From Narcine bancroftii (lineage: Eukaryota): DNA of 64,000 nt. The notes beneath the pieces are model-generated. The model did no database searches, was not told the origin of the DNA, and saw only the letters and a program-made list of their open reading frames with translations. The DNA is taken from NCBI RefSeq assembly GCF_036971445.1, contig NC_091470.1, positions 156,736,001-156,800,000 on the forward strand. Direction: 5' to 3'. The translations under genes were made by a program, and so were the position numbers. Shown piece after piece: positions 11,801-23,198 of this stretch; position 1 is the stretch's first letter; every line of letters starts with the position of its first letter.

Positions 11801-14332
11801 GACGTCATAATCCCTGGGTTTAGGTCTTAAATCTACAAGTGGGAAGCAAAGTCTTTAATCCTCCCATTTAATTCACTTTTGATCGAGTAGATATCTCTCA
11901 AGAGGAAAAAAAATCACAATAAATCACCCACTTACTGGTGTTCATCATGAACTCTATGGAAATTATGCATTTTGGCTGTGACTCCCGAATACTAAGTGGA
12001 TTTAGTAAATTTAGAATACTACAAAAGACTTAGAAAAGCAGCTAATCAGAGGACTTCCTAAACTCATCTTTACAAATCTGTTGCCACTAAATAATAACGT
12101 TTTATTTTGAATATTGAAAAAATGCACAATTACTTTTAAATGCTTTTCTATAAAAAGAACAGGCACATTTTAAAACAGAGGTACCAATGTCAGTGCTTTT
12201 CTGAAAAGAGCAAGGTGTGTGAGCAAAAGTCAGATTAAAATCTCTCACACACATGATATTTGGGAAGTTAGGAATAACTGGGAGGTGAGGGGAATGCTTG
12301 TAGTGGAAGGGAAGTGCTGACAGAAAAGCACTCAGGAAGAGTTGGGCATCTCCTCTCAACCATACACCAGCATCCGTTTCCTTTCAACCTTCGTACAATA
12401 TCAAGCAGCAAACTGATACCTGGAGGAAAATCCATCCTCAAGGAGGCAAGTCACATCAAATAGTATGCTGTCAGATTAACACTTCCTCCCTCTGCCAATC
12501 TTAAGGGTTTAAAAAAAAAATGCAATTATTCTTTTAATTCATTTTGTTCTACTTGTGTAATCAGAAAACATTTCTCTCTAGCTACCCTATAATACAATCA
12601 CCTATGCTCTGACTTATACCACTGCAACTGGCTGCAGAGCGAGGAAGGATTCCTTTACCTGTATCATGATGGGGTTTAATTTCAATTCCCTACGGTCCTT
12701 CCTCAGATACCACTGATGCTTTCTGAGCGAGTCCACATTACTTAAATGCTCGCTAGAGCCAAGTGTTGACAAGTTACTAATGGTATCGCCATCACATCAC
12801 AGCCTTTAACATCCAAAATAACACCAACAGCCATGTCATCGGCATTTTAAAGGGCATTGAGAGCCAAGACACATAACGTTCAATGCAAATGGTGCACAAA
12901 ACCTTTTCAATTGTTGTGATCTCAGCAATTTAAAAAAAAAACTGTGGATTAAATTATACCTGCCAGAAGAAAAATCAAAACTTCAGAATATTCTTAGGAA
13001 ATGGACAATGATTAAGTGTTATAAATTGTGCATACACCATTGTAACGAAGTTTAGGTTCAGTTTATGCAACTTCTGTGACCCAAGTACCTCCTCTTCTCG
13101 GAGTTTGCATTTTGGAACCAACAATGAATTTGTAACTGACAAGAGAATAGGCTTCAGAGTACTACATAAAAAAACCCAACATTTTAAAAAGTACTGTAGC
13201 ATCCATTTAAAGAAATTGCGTGTTATTGAAGTCAATTAGCAATAATGAGTCTGGATATAGACTGTTATCTTAATATGCCACAAGGGCCCAGCAGCACGAT
13301 AAAATGCTAATTAGTAAGGCATAGTTGAGAATCAACTCTTCCGCTGCAAATTAAAAACATGAGAAATTTGAGAAAACCAGGGAAATAAAATCTTGAGATG
13401 CTGGAGGAGCTCAGCAGGTTGAACCAGATTCATGGGTAGAAATGGCCAGTGTTCTGTGTTGGGACACTTTATCGAGACAATTATTGTCAAAAGCCAACGA
13501 TAATTAATGTAACATCATCCAGACCCAAGATTAACTAAGTATTTCTGCTGTGCTGCAGTGATTGAGTTGCGATTCAGAACAATATGTGAATGAAACCACC
13601 AGGTCTAAAACTCTGCTTCTCCCCAACTGCCCTCTGGGCTTTTTGACATCAGACAAAGGATTTTTGTATCTACAAGTCCGGATGCCAGAAATCTGGAATT
13701 CTCGAAAATTCTCACTTGAAAGCCAGACCACCCGAGACTCCAGACTTCTCGACAACACTCAGCCTTTGCGTGCATTTGTGCACCGCACGATCAACGTGAC
13801 ATACTGCCCAAGAATCCGGAAAATCCAAGCCCCAAGCAGTCCAGATTTTAGGCTTTTGATGTACTCAGGAGTTTCAAAGTTTAACCCACACATGTACTAG
13901 AGGTGAATGAGAATAATCCTAGACAAAAGGAAGATGAAGATCTTAACTGTACACGATCAAATAGGTGGTGGAGGCTGAAACTTTATGGGCATTTCAGTCA
14001 CATGGATGAAAGAAAAATAGAGGGTTACGAGGTAGGAAGGGTTTAGTACATTTGGTAGGAATGTACAGATCGGCACAACATTGAGGGCTGAAGAGCCTGT
14101 ACCATGCTGTAATGTTCTATGTCTATCTATCAGCAATGAATAGCCAATTCAAGATCATGGCCGTTAATAATAATAAGGCTAAATGATAGCACTCTCATTT
14201 CAGGTTCCTATTCTGGAACATGTTCTAGAATGACAATACACTTTGTGGTTGGAAAGTGCTCAGTACAAGTATGGTGTTGAAATTGCCAGTGTCAATTATA
14301 GGTATACCAAACATTTCAAACCCAGCAGCAAA

Positions 14333-15575
14333 TTCTTCTCTTTGGCTTGGCTTCGCGGATGAAGATTTATGGAGGGGGTAAAAAGTCCACGTCAGCTGCA
14401 GGCTCCTTTGTGGCTGACAAGTCCGATGCGGGACAGGCAGACACGGTTGCAGCGGCTGCAGGGGAAAATTGGTTGGTTGGGGTTGGGTGTTGGGTTTTTC
14501 CTCCTTTGCCTTTTGTCAGTGAGGTGGGCTCTACGGTCTTCTTCAAAGGAGGTTGCTGCCCGCCAAACTGTGAGGCGCCAAGATGCACGGTTTGAGGCGA
14601 TATCAGCCCACTGGCGGTGGTCAATGTGGCAGGCACCAAGAGATTTCTTTAGGCAGTCCTTGTACCTTTTCTTTGGTGCACCTCTGTCACGGTGGCCAGT
14701 GGAGAGCTCGCCATAAAACACGATCTTGGGAAGGCGATGGTCCTCCATTCTGGAGACGTGACCCACCCAGCGCAGCTGGATCTTCAGCAGCGTGGACTCA
14801 ATGCTGTCAACCTCTGCCATCTCGAGTACTTCGACGTTAGGGATGAAGGCGCTCCAATGGATGTTGAATATGGAGCGGAGACAACGCTGGTGGAAGCGTT
14901 CTAGGAGCCGTAGGTGGTGCCGGTAGAGGACCCATGATTCGGAGCCGAACAGGAGTGTGGGTATGACAACGGCTCTGTATACGCTTATCTTTGTGAGGTT
15001 TTTCAGTTGGTTGTTTTTCCAGACTCTTTTGTGTAGTCTTCCAAAGGCGCTATTTGCCTTGGCGAGTCTGTTGTCTATCTCATTGTTGATCCTTGCATCT
15101 GATGAAATGGTGCAGCCGAGATAGGTAAACTGGTTGACCGTTTTGAGTTTTGTGTGCCCAATGGAGATGTGGGGGGGGGGGGCTGGTAGTCATGGTGGGG
15201 AGCTGGCTGATGGAGGACCTCAGTTTTCTTCAGGCTGACTTCCAGGCCAAACATTTTGGCAGTTTCCGCAAAGCAGGACGTCAAGCGCTGAAGAGCTGGC
15301 TCTGAATGGGCAACTAAAGCGGCATCGTCTGCAAAGAGTAGTTCACGGACAAGTTTCTCTTGTGTCTTGGTGTGAGCTTGCAGGCACCTCAGATTGAAGA
15401 GACTGGCATCCGTGCGGTACCGGATGTAAACAGCGTCTTCATTGTTGAGGTCTTTCTTGGCTTGGTTCAGCATCATGCTGAAGAAGATTGAAAAGAGGGT
15501 TGGTGCGAGAACACAACCTTGCTTCACGCCATTGTTAATGGAGAAGGGTTCAGAGAGCTCATTGCTGTATCTGAC
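14333..15575 (-). mobile_element. RTE-clade LINE, 5'-truncated, copy 1
   Basis: RT motifs GVKQGCVLAPTLF and LLFADD, then QLRWVGHVSRM and a C-terminal CxxC..SH..C zinc finger; apparent frameshift at the poly-G near 15171-15182; 3' end GAAGCCAAGCCAAAGAGAAGAA. Confidence 0.9.
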
Positions 15576-16139
15576 TAAGGTTAGTAAAAACACAGAGATG
15601 CTGGAAGAATCAGCAGGTTCCTCAGTGTTCACAGGAGGCAACGATAGATAACCAATGCTTTGGCTGAGACCTGCTGAGTCCCTCCATCGCTTTTGGTTTA
15701 TCTTCTACAATCACAGCTTCTGGAGACTTTGGTGTTTCAAAGCAAGTTAAGGTTGTAGCAAAGAGATTTTCTGCCAGCTGCCCTATCGACAGGAACTGGT
15801 GGTGAGACCATCACATTGTTGCACTTAACATTGAGCTCAGCACGCACGTCCCTGTTCACATCACTCATTCTTAATTTACTTTTTTTTCCCCCCAGAAAGA
15901 ATCAGAATTTGTCACAAACAGGTCATGAAATTCATCATTTTGCAGCCACATCACAGTGCAAACATTCACATTAACCATTTTACAAATTAAATAAAAATAG
16001 TGGAAGAAAAAGACAAAGTAAGGGTGTGTCAATGGGTCATTGTTCGTTCAGGAATCTAATGGCAGAGGGGAAGAAGCTGTCCTTGTGCCATTGAGTGCTC
16101 ATCTGTACCTTTTTCCTGATGGTAGCAGAAAGAGCAGTG

Positions 16140-16624
16140 CACGCCTTATCTGGGCTGCGAGAATTAGAGTTGGGAGGTAAAATCCACTCACGTACAACCC
16201 AGGTTACATCAGACGAGCAGGATGAAAAGAGAGGGTCTGCTGCTAATAACGGACCGACAAGAAAGGACCTTTTTCTAACCTTGTTAAAGTTAGGCGTACC
16301 TAAAAGTGATATTGATGGGAAACCTACTGCAGTCCTTTATAAGAGAAAGGCAGGCGAACATCATCCCCAGCTGCTGAGTCCTCCTGGCCCAGCTGTGCCC
16401 TCTGCTCCTCCTGCTGCTTCTATCGAGCCGGCTTCTCCTGCTCCAGTTACCCATGATGAGATACAACAAATGGTTAACAAGGCTCTTCTGGATAATAGTA
16501 GCATGTGGTCCTGGAAGCCCCCGAAGGTGTGGGCAGGGCTCCCGTGTCTACTCCATTGAGATACGACGGATATACGGGGACCCACGGCCCTACATACCGT
16601 TAACAATCCATTGGGGTGGGGGAG
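16140..16624 (+). pseudogene. Inverted ERV gag C-terminus and protease N-terminus fragment
   Basis: TRKDLFLTLLKLGVPKSDIDGKPTAVLY resembles the ERV-L gag motif GVPRSEIDRKPTAFLL; GDPRPYIPLTIHWGGG resembles the ERV-L/ERV-S protease start. It is on the opposite strand to the LTR. Confidence 0.7.
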
Positions 16625-17008
16625 CCAATATTTGGGTCGGTCCTGACTGGTGCAAAGAATTTCGCTCAACATGGAACAGCGTTGTCACATGGCTTCTAGC
16701 TCCTCCTCTAGTTGCTCTCTCTTGTGCTGGGATTCTACTTCTCTTTGAACTGATTCTGCTTCATGCTGAACGGCGCGGCGTAAGGCTGTGGCCAGCAGCC
16801 AACAATAGTCCGTCAGCTTCCCTTTTTTGCCAGGAAATTTACTTTCTCGAAGGAGAGTGGCACTTGATGGGTCTAACTTTTCATTCCAACTAATGGGTGG
16901 TCCCAACAAAGACAGGGTATTGCCCAACATGCCAAACCCATTGTCTTTGGAAGTCCATCCCGGAATCAAGAACTATTCAGGGCTCACCTCTTTCTTTTGG
17001 CGAAACAT
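16625..17008 (-). pseudogene. gag: ERV gag N-terminal fragment (class III-like), with internal stops
   Basis: ATG 10 nt after the PBS: MFRQKKEVSPE*FLIPGWTSKDNGFGMLGNTLSLLGPPISWNEKL...CWLLATALRRAVQ...REQLEEELEAM*, a W-rich N-terminus followed by a coiled coil. Confidence 0.65.
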
Positions 17009-17017
17009 CTTGAGACC

Positions 17018-17036
17018 AACCCTGCTCGCTGCGCCA
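17018..17036 (-). other. Primer-binding site complementary to the tRNA-Ser(UGA) 3' end
   Basis: TGGCGCAGCGAGCAGGGTT is the reverse complement of AACCCTGCTCGCTGCGCCA, the 3' end of vertebrate tRNA-Ser(TGA) as recalled. Confidence 0.85.
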
Positions 17037-17038
17037 AT

Positions 17039-17750
17039 TGTCCTGGGTAAACTTGTACCTCTCACTTTGTTCGATTTAGATTGGTCAGTGTTTGAGCTAC
17101 CGAAATAGACACACACACCGAGAGCAGTTCAGTGTATACAAATGTTTATTACAAATTCAAAAGCTGATTTCAAACTACAATATGCAAGCCCTTCCCAATT
17201 ATACTTATCAACACCTGGACTGGTCCCAACTGCCGAAGCAAGGCAACGACTGCACACTTGTAGTTAGTTGTCGGGGCGCCGGTAGCATCTTCTCCACCTC
17301 CCCCGACCGGAACGTTGGCTGGACTCTAGAAGTTCTTCTTCTTGCTGAGAGATGTTGCTACCTCTCGGAGAGTCTCAAACTTCAGCAACGGGACCATGGC
17401 TTATATTTCCCAAAAACTGCTTACCTAAGCACCTTTTCCCAGCAAAGTAAGAAAGATAAGCGAGCAAGCTAGCAAGCTAGGCTTCTATCGAATAACGTAA
17501 TTTTTAGCTTATCACTTTGAATGCAGTGGTTTATTTTGCATCAAGGCTCGGCCTCTGACAGCCTGTGACCAAAACAAGTAGGAAGATTAAATGTTCTTGG
17601 TACACAGATACCCTTTCGTCAGATAACAGCATCTCTGGCCCCTCGGTGGAATTTAGCTTATGTCTGCTGATTCTAAAAAACAAGCAGGTTCTCAGCCTTG
17701 TGGAAGCAAAGGCTGCAAAAGTGAAAAAACCAGTTTAAATCTTCCATTAC
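17039..17750 (-). mobile_element. 5' LTR of an endogenous retrovirus (712 bp)
   Basis: Minus strand starts TGTAATGG and ends CCCAGGACA (TG...CA); TATAA at 17401-17405; AATAAA at 17145-17150; followed 2 nt later by a PBS. Confidence 0.88.
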
Positions 17751-18469
17751 AGGTGACTAATGGTAATTTCTCATTACAGGAATGGTGCCACATCGACCCA
17801 ATGTGACAAATGGGATCGTTGCTGCACAACACCTAAAAGCACCTCTGACTGTGCCACACAATTTCTCTACTACAGGATGAGCCTCTTTAATTCGGCAATA
17901 TTGGAACCTGGGCATTGCCGGACCACAGAAAATGCCAGAAAACAGAAATTGACCCTTAACACTTATTAGCACTAGGACCATCTTCTGCACCTCTTGGATG
18001 ACATCCTGAAGTGCTAAAATGCAGTTGAATACAAGAAATTGACAGGACTGAATCACCAAAACACTCCACTGCAGTGTAAAGAGATTTTGGCGCATTAGTG
18101 CTGCTAACAGCGCCGCCCTGGTGGCAGATACACAAATGAATGGTTGCAGATTCAAAACTGCCAGACGACAGAGCACCAGATTGGGGAGGTACAATCTGTA
18201 CTATGAAGGGGTATTATCAGCATAGATTTTGTTTTTACTCAAGTATTTTTCACCATCTGTACACAGATTCAGCTCGGTGCTCGGAGATTTGCAATGATCA
18301 GTGGTATTAGAAAAGTTGAACTATTGTTGTCAATTTACCTTAATTCTCTTGCTAAACAGAAAACTAAGTTCAAGGACAATGGCAAAATACACACCAGAAA
18401 AACAACTTAGATCATTAGGTTTTAGCCACTCAAGAATAACCTTGATGGGATAAGATCGACCAATTGTAC

Positions 18470-19345
18470 ATGGACAACGCAATGAAATAGCATTCTTCTG
18501 TCCTTGGTGGGCAAAACATGCAGGCGCACCACACAGAACACGGATACAGACAAGCGATGCATGCATATACAGTAGATATAATTTATAAAGATAGTGTTTA
18601 ATTAATAGTACAGTCTTGGAGGGTTATTATGAGCAATTTATTCATCAGTCTCACTGCCCGTGGGAAGAAGCTGTTCCTCGGCCTGGTGGTGCTGGCTCTG
18701 ATCCTCCTGCATCTCTTCCCCGACAGGAGCAGCTGAAAGACGCTGTGTACTGGGTGGTAGGGGGTCCTCAATGATTTTGCACACCCTCTTCAGACAATGA
18801 TCCCAGTTGTTCATGGGTGGGGTAGGGGGCATGGTCCTGTGGATTGTCCCGATTCAATTCTCTACAGTAACATACCACAATGTGGCACTGGTGGCTAGGA
18901 AGCTCTCAATTGTGTCTGTCAAAAGTTGACATTATGGTGGCCAGTAGCCTTGCCTCTCTGTTTTCTCAGGAAGTGCAGTTGTTGTGCCTTCCTGACTGAG
19001 ATGTTGTGTATCCAGGATATGTCACTTGTTAAGTGGACTCCAAGGATCTTGGTGTACTCTACTCACTCCAGTACCAAGTTATTAATGCGTAGTCGAGGGC
19101 AATTGTCCCTGGTCTTCCTGAATCCCAGTCATCTCCATCATCTTGCCAACATGAGACTCAGGTTGTTACTCTCACACCATTCCACCTCTTCTCTGTAGTG
19201 TGACTCATCATTGATGCTGATGAGACGAACTACTGTTGTGTCATCTGTAAATGATGACTACTGGAGCTGGATCTGGTGAGGCAGTTGTGGGTCAGTTGGT
19301 TGAACAGAAGTCCTGAGGCGTTCCAGTGCTCAGTGTGACGGTGAT
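18470..19345 (-). mobile_element. Rex1/Babar-type LINE fragment
   Basis: Minus strand FTDDTTV-like motif and KIIEDP.HP...LLP.G C-terminal region. Confidence 0.7.
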
Positions 19346-19626
19346 CGACGTGCTCAATCGGTCCATGTACAACATTCACATGGTAAATGAGAGCTCTGAA
19401 CACAAGTCCTTGGGAAAACACGATTTTCATTCCAGTAATTTTAAAAATTGTCCAACCTTCTCTTACTGTTTGATGACATGAAGCAGAGAAAGATAGACTA
19501 CATAAAATTCTGGTATATGGAAAAAAAGGGTCAGCTGCATTTTTAGTTGTGTGTAAAGATTTATTGACTTTTACAAACAAACACAGATTGGAACATAAAC
19601 CTACCATATACTGAAGTCAACTTGTT

Positions 19627-19632
19627 TTTATT
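19627..19632 (-). terminator. Candidate UBE2J2 polyadenylation signal
   Basis: AATAAA on minus at the end of a 1.6-kb AT-rich, repeat-free putative 3' UTR; another at 19560-19565 and several more proximal ones exist. Confidence 0.3.
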
Positions 19633-21196
19633 GAAATTCAAAATAGATCTTTACTGGCAAGGCTCATGAATGGTTTCTAGATTATTATTTATGTAGAGGT
19701 TTGTTACTTTAAAAGGAAAAAAAATCTACAAATTCATTACTAATCTTATGGATAAGGCCAAAGCCTTGCAAAGTAACAACTTGTTTGTTTGTCAGTTTAG
19801 TGAACTTGCATTGTTTTTCCATTGTTCCATTTCAATAATTCCAAACTACAAAGTCACCAATGCTTTCTCAATTCCAGTGCAGCTTCCAAGAAACACTTTC
19901 CAAAGACATGACATATATGATCCATATTATTAAGGGAGAACTGTAGAAACATTTTGATAAACATTTCTCTACTCTATAGTTTCAAAATAAAATCATGGAC
20001 TTTACACTTACACCAGTCTTGTCAGGAAATTAATTATGACTTCTGGAAGATTTTTGGGCTCTTTCCAATGCCACTAAAGACCAACGATATCATTAATATT
20101 ACCTGAAAATTTTACTGGCAATTATTTTGATGTAGTTGCTGCAGTTATGCAAACCTTGCTCATTGTAGCAGAATGGCACAGGTATAACTATATCCTGGAA
20201 ATTACTTGACAATTACATTGTATTTTTCAACCAAGTGAAAAAAAATCTAATTCCATATTTATTGCTTGCTAGAGATGACATTTAAAATTCTAAATTTACA
20301 ATTTCAACACTCAATGCCATGAAACCAGGGTAAGACATTGCAAAAATTTGTCTCATGAAGTATCAAGCCCATTAAAATTTTGTGTAGATTGTATTGTTTG
20401 GAAAATCATATTGCTAAATTTCAAAGATATTGTAATAAGGACAACATAACCATCTTCCATGTCCATTATAGCTTTGTTTCCAGCCACACAGGTGTGCATT
20501 TTTAAGGAAATCAATTACAAAAAATTGATTTCTGTAACTGGTTTGCCAAGGATTATCCATAAAACTTAATGAGGAAATGTTTCTAATTGCTTAAAGGAAT
20601 GTGCACAAGGTCTCGATCTCTTGGGATGTCACTTTATTTTACACTGGACGACCACACTCGCCTTTCCCCAATTTGCTAAAACAAATACAATTTTAAAATT
20701 GCTTATTCAACTTTGCACCCAGTTTTATTTTGCTCACCATTTACTTTTTGTATTTTATTATTCCAGAAATTCTTCCAGTATAGTCTAAATACAACAGCAA
20801 TATAAATACATTAAAAAGTCATTTACACTGGGGTAGATTTTTAATTATTGAAGGAAACAATTAAAATCTGAAATGTTGCTGCAAAACATGCCCCTTTTAG
20901 AAATAATGCTAGTTTCAGAATCCCCATAATTAAGAGGCATATTGGTCACCCATTGTAAAGTTATGCATGACCTGCATAGTAAATCTGAACCTTCTGCATA
21001 TTCTTGAACTACTTGTTAGCTCCATTGATCCATTCATGTGAAAGAAAACCATAGGCTCTAGTTGGTCATATTTTGTACAATGTAATGGTAATTACATTAC
21101 TCCAGTGCAGTCTTATTTTCTCCCCTTCTGCAAAGTTTCCCCAAAAGGAGTCAGATTTGCTTGCAAGTTTGCAATTATTTGGTCTCGTAGCCAGCT

Positions 21197-21475
21197 TTAT
21201 TCTTGTGCTATGCTTCGTAACACGTATTTCACTGTGTAGGCAAATGCTGCAAAACCAACAATGACGAACAAGTTTGCTAAAGCTCCCCCCAGGAGTCCAT
21301 GGTTTCGGTTGGCCTGTTGAAGGCCTTGGTGGTTGGCAGCTGGCAGTACTGCGTGCCCATTGAGTAGTGGCATACCATTTTGGTGCATTTCACCATCAGG
21401 GATAACATCCGGTAAAGGCAGAGTCTGGGCTCTGTTACTGAGTTCCTCTTGTGCCCGTTGCTTTTCTTTTATTTC
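21197..21475 (-). CDS. UBE2J2: Ubiquitin-conjugating enzyme E2 J2, last coding exon (C-terminal tail anchor)
   Basis: CAG acceptor 21476-21478; EIKEKQRAQEE...HGLLGGALANLFVIVGFAAFAYTVKYVLRSIAQE-stop, the characteristic UBE2J2 C-terminus. Confidence 0.96.
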   Translation of the reverse strand, partial: EIKEKQRAQEELSNRAQTLPLPDVIPDGEMHQNGMPLLNGHAVLPAANHQGLQQANRNHGLLGGALANLFVIVGFAAFAYTVKYVLRSIAQE

Positions 21476-21557
21476 CTGGAAACACAAGAATAAAGCCATA
21501 TTATTACATCTATTTGGAACCACCAAGATTTTTATTTTTCTTATGTCCTTTTAATGT

Positions 21558-21790
21558 GGCACATTCAGCGTTGGGGTTAGCGGAACGTTGTTATCGTGCT
21601 AGCGACCAGGACCGTGGTTTCAATTTCCACATTGTCTATAATGAGTTTGTACATTCTCCCTGTGGGTTTCCTCTGGGTGCTCCGGTTTCCTCCCGCTGTT
21701 CAAAACATAGCAGGTCAATTAGATGCAATAGGGCTTGTGGGTCAAAAGTGCCTTTTACCATGCAGTATGTTTAAATTTTTTTTTTAAATT
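21558..21790 (+). mobile_element. tRNA-derived SINE (family also at about 42750-42990, 46165-46425, 62095-62320)
   Basis: tRNA-like head with A/B-box remnants and shared core TTTGTACATTCTCCC...GGGTTTCCTC.GGGTGCTCCGGTTTCCTCCC. Confidence 0.7.
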
Positions 21791-22585
21791 AAATTAATCT
21801 CATTTTAAATATTTTCATCCCAGAAAAATATTGACCTAAAGTTCTCAACAACCATACTTCACCTTACCCTAATGTAAACTCTTGCATGTAACAAACATGG
21901 AGCAATAACAAAGCAATTACCAAATGCTGATTGCAATTTATGCTCAAACTTCGTTCTACCTTGAACTAATTCCCCATCCAGAATATTTGAAAATTTCAAT
22001 GTTTTAAACCTATCACAAAGTTGAACATCGTAAACGCTTTATACTTGCAATCTGTGTCAACCACTGTACAGCCACCTTAATGGGCTTGATTACAAGAGAA
22101 TTCCTACTCTACAAACTCCTAGACCACTGAAAGGCAATTCTCTTGATTTCCCGCATGGGAGAACTGTCTTTAGGTCACCCTCCAGGTGGTAATCTTCCTG
22201 AACTAAATGACCGGAACATTTGATATGTAGAGTCCACTAACACATTATTACCACTCACGTCATACTCACCATCCTGTTGAGGTCATTCTAGTTCGTATAC
22301 TTCATTTTATTGCAGTGCACAGTTTATAACATTTTCCTAAAGTGATTTCCATAGTTTTCTTTTGCATAAACTCCATTCAACACTTTGATTTTAATTTCCC
22401 CACTCAAAAAAAACCCCTAATGATTGATACAAAATGCTTCCATGGTGAACTAATGGATTTAAGCATTTGCAGAGGATATTTTCCCTATATCATAATTGCT
22501 TAGCTTATTTTTTATTTGATATACAAAACTTCCAACACTGATGATACATTTATTGCTTTAATTTTAGATATCCATGAACACCTAC

Positions 22586-22666
22586 CTCCACTAGATCTGG
22601 AAAGAGCTCACAAAACACTTTATCCTTTAGATTAAAGGCGCTGCTTTGGGCAGCAAGTTGTCTTTT
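22586..22666 (-). CDS. UBE2J2: UBE2J2 coding exon 5
   Basis: 81 nt, CAG/GTAGG; KRQLAAQSSAFNLKDKVFCELFPDLVE. Confidence 0.95.
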
Positions 22667-22834
22667 CTGGAAAGAAGAAAATATTAATTCAAGAATCAGT
22701 TACGAGTTGCAGGAAGAATTGTTTTTAAAGATTTTTCAAATTAAATGACATTATCATGAGACATGGTCACAAGTGACTTTTCAAAAAAGGAGCAAAATGG
22801 TAGCATTTCACCTCCCCTCTGGAATGCACTTCAC

Positions 22835-23198
22835 CAGTGGTACTCAACCTTTTCTTTCACACCCAACCCACTTTAAGTATTCCCTATGCCATCGGTGCTC
22901 TGTGATTAGTAAAGGATGGCTTAAGGTGGGATGTGAGTGGGAAGGGAAGGTTGAGAATCACTGCTCTAGACCCAATTGTGACTGAAATATTTTGCTTGAG
23001 AAAAATTGTCTTTCGCCCATTTCCTTTGGAGTTATGAAACTGTGCACATAACGAGCCAATTAGGATTAAAAGTGGTTTTCAAACATATTATTTGCATTCA
23101 CCTACTGTCTAAGCAATCCCTTACTAATCACAGAGCACCTATGGCATTGGGATTACTCAAGGTGGTATGTGAGTGGAACCAAAGTCTGAAAACCACTG
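22835..23198. mobile_element. hAT-Charlie-like composite MITE
   Basis: CAGTGGTACTCAACC...GGTTGAGAATCACTG, spacer, then a second degenerate unit ending AAAACCACTG; same family as 55568-55918. Confidence 0.75.

Noticed and set aside
16640-16790. Hydrophobic plus-strand peptide WNSVVTWLLAPPLVALSCAGILLLFELILL resembling an env transmembrane segment
   Set aside because: It is the antisense reading of the Glu/Gln/Arg-rich gag coiled coil on the minus strand.
17018-17036. tRNA-Ser gene
   Set aside because: Only the 3' 19 nt including CCA are present, directly beside an LTR, so it is a PBS.
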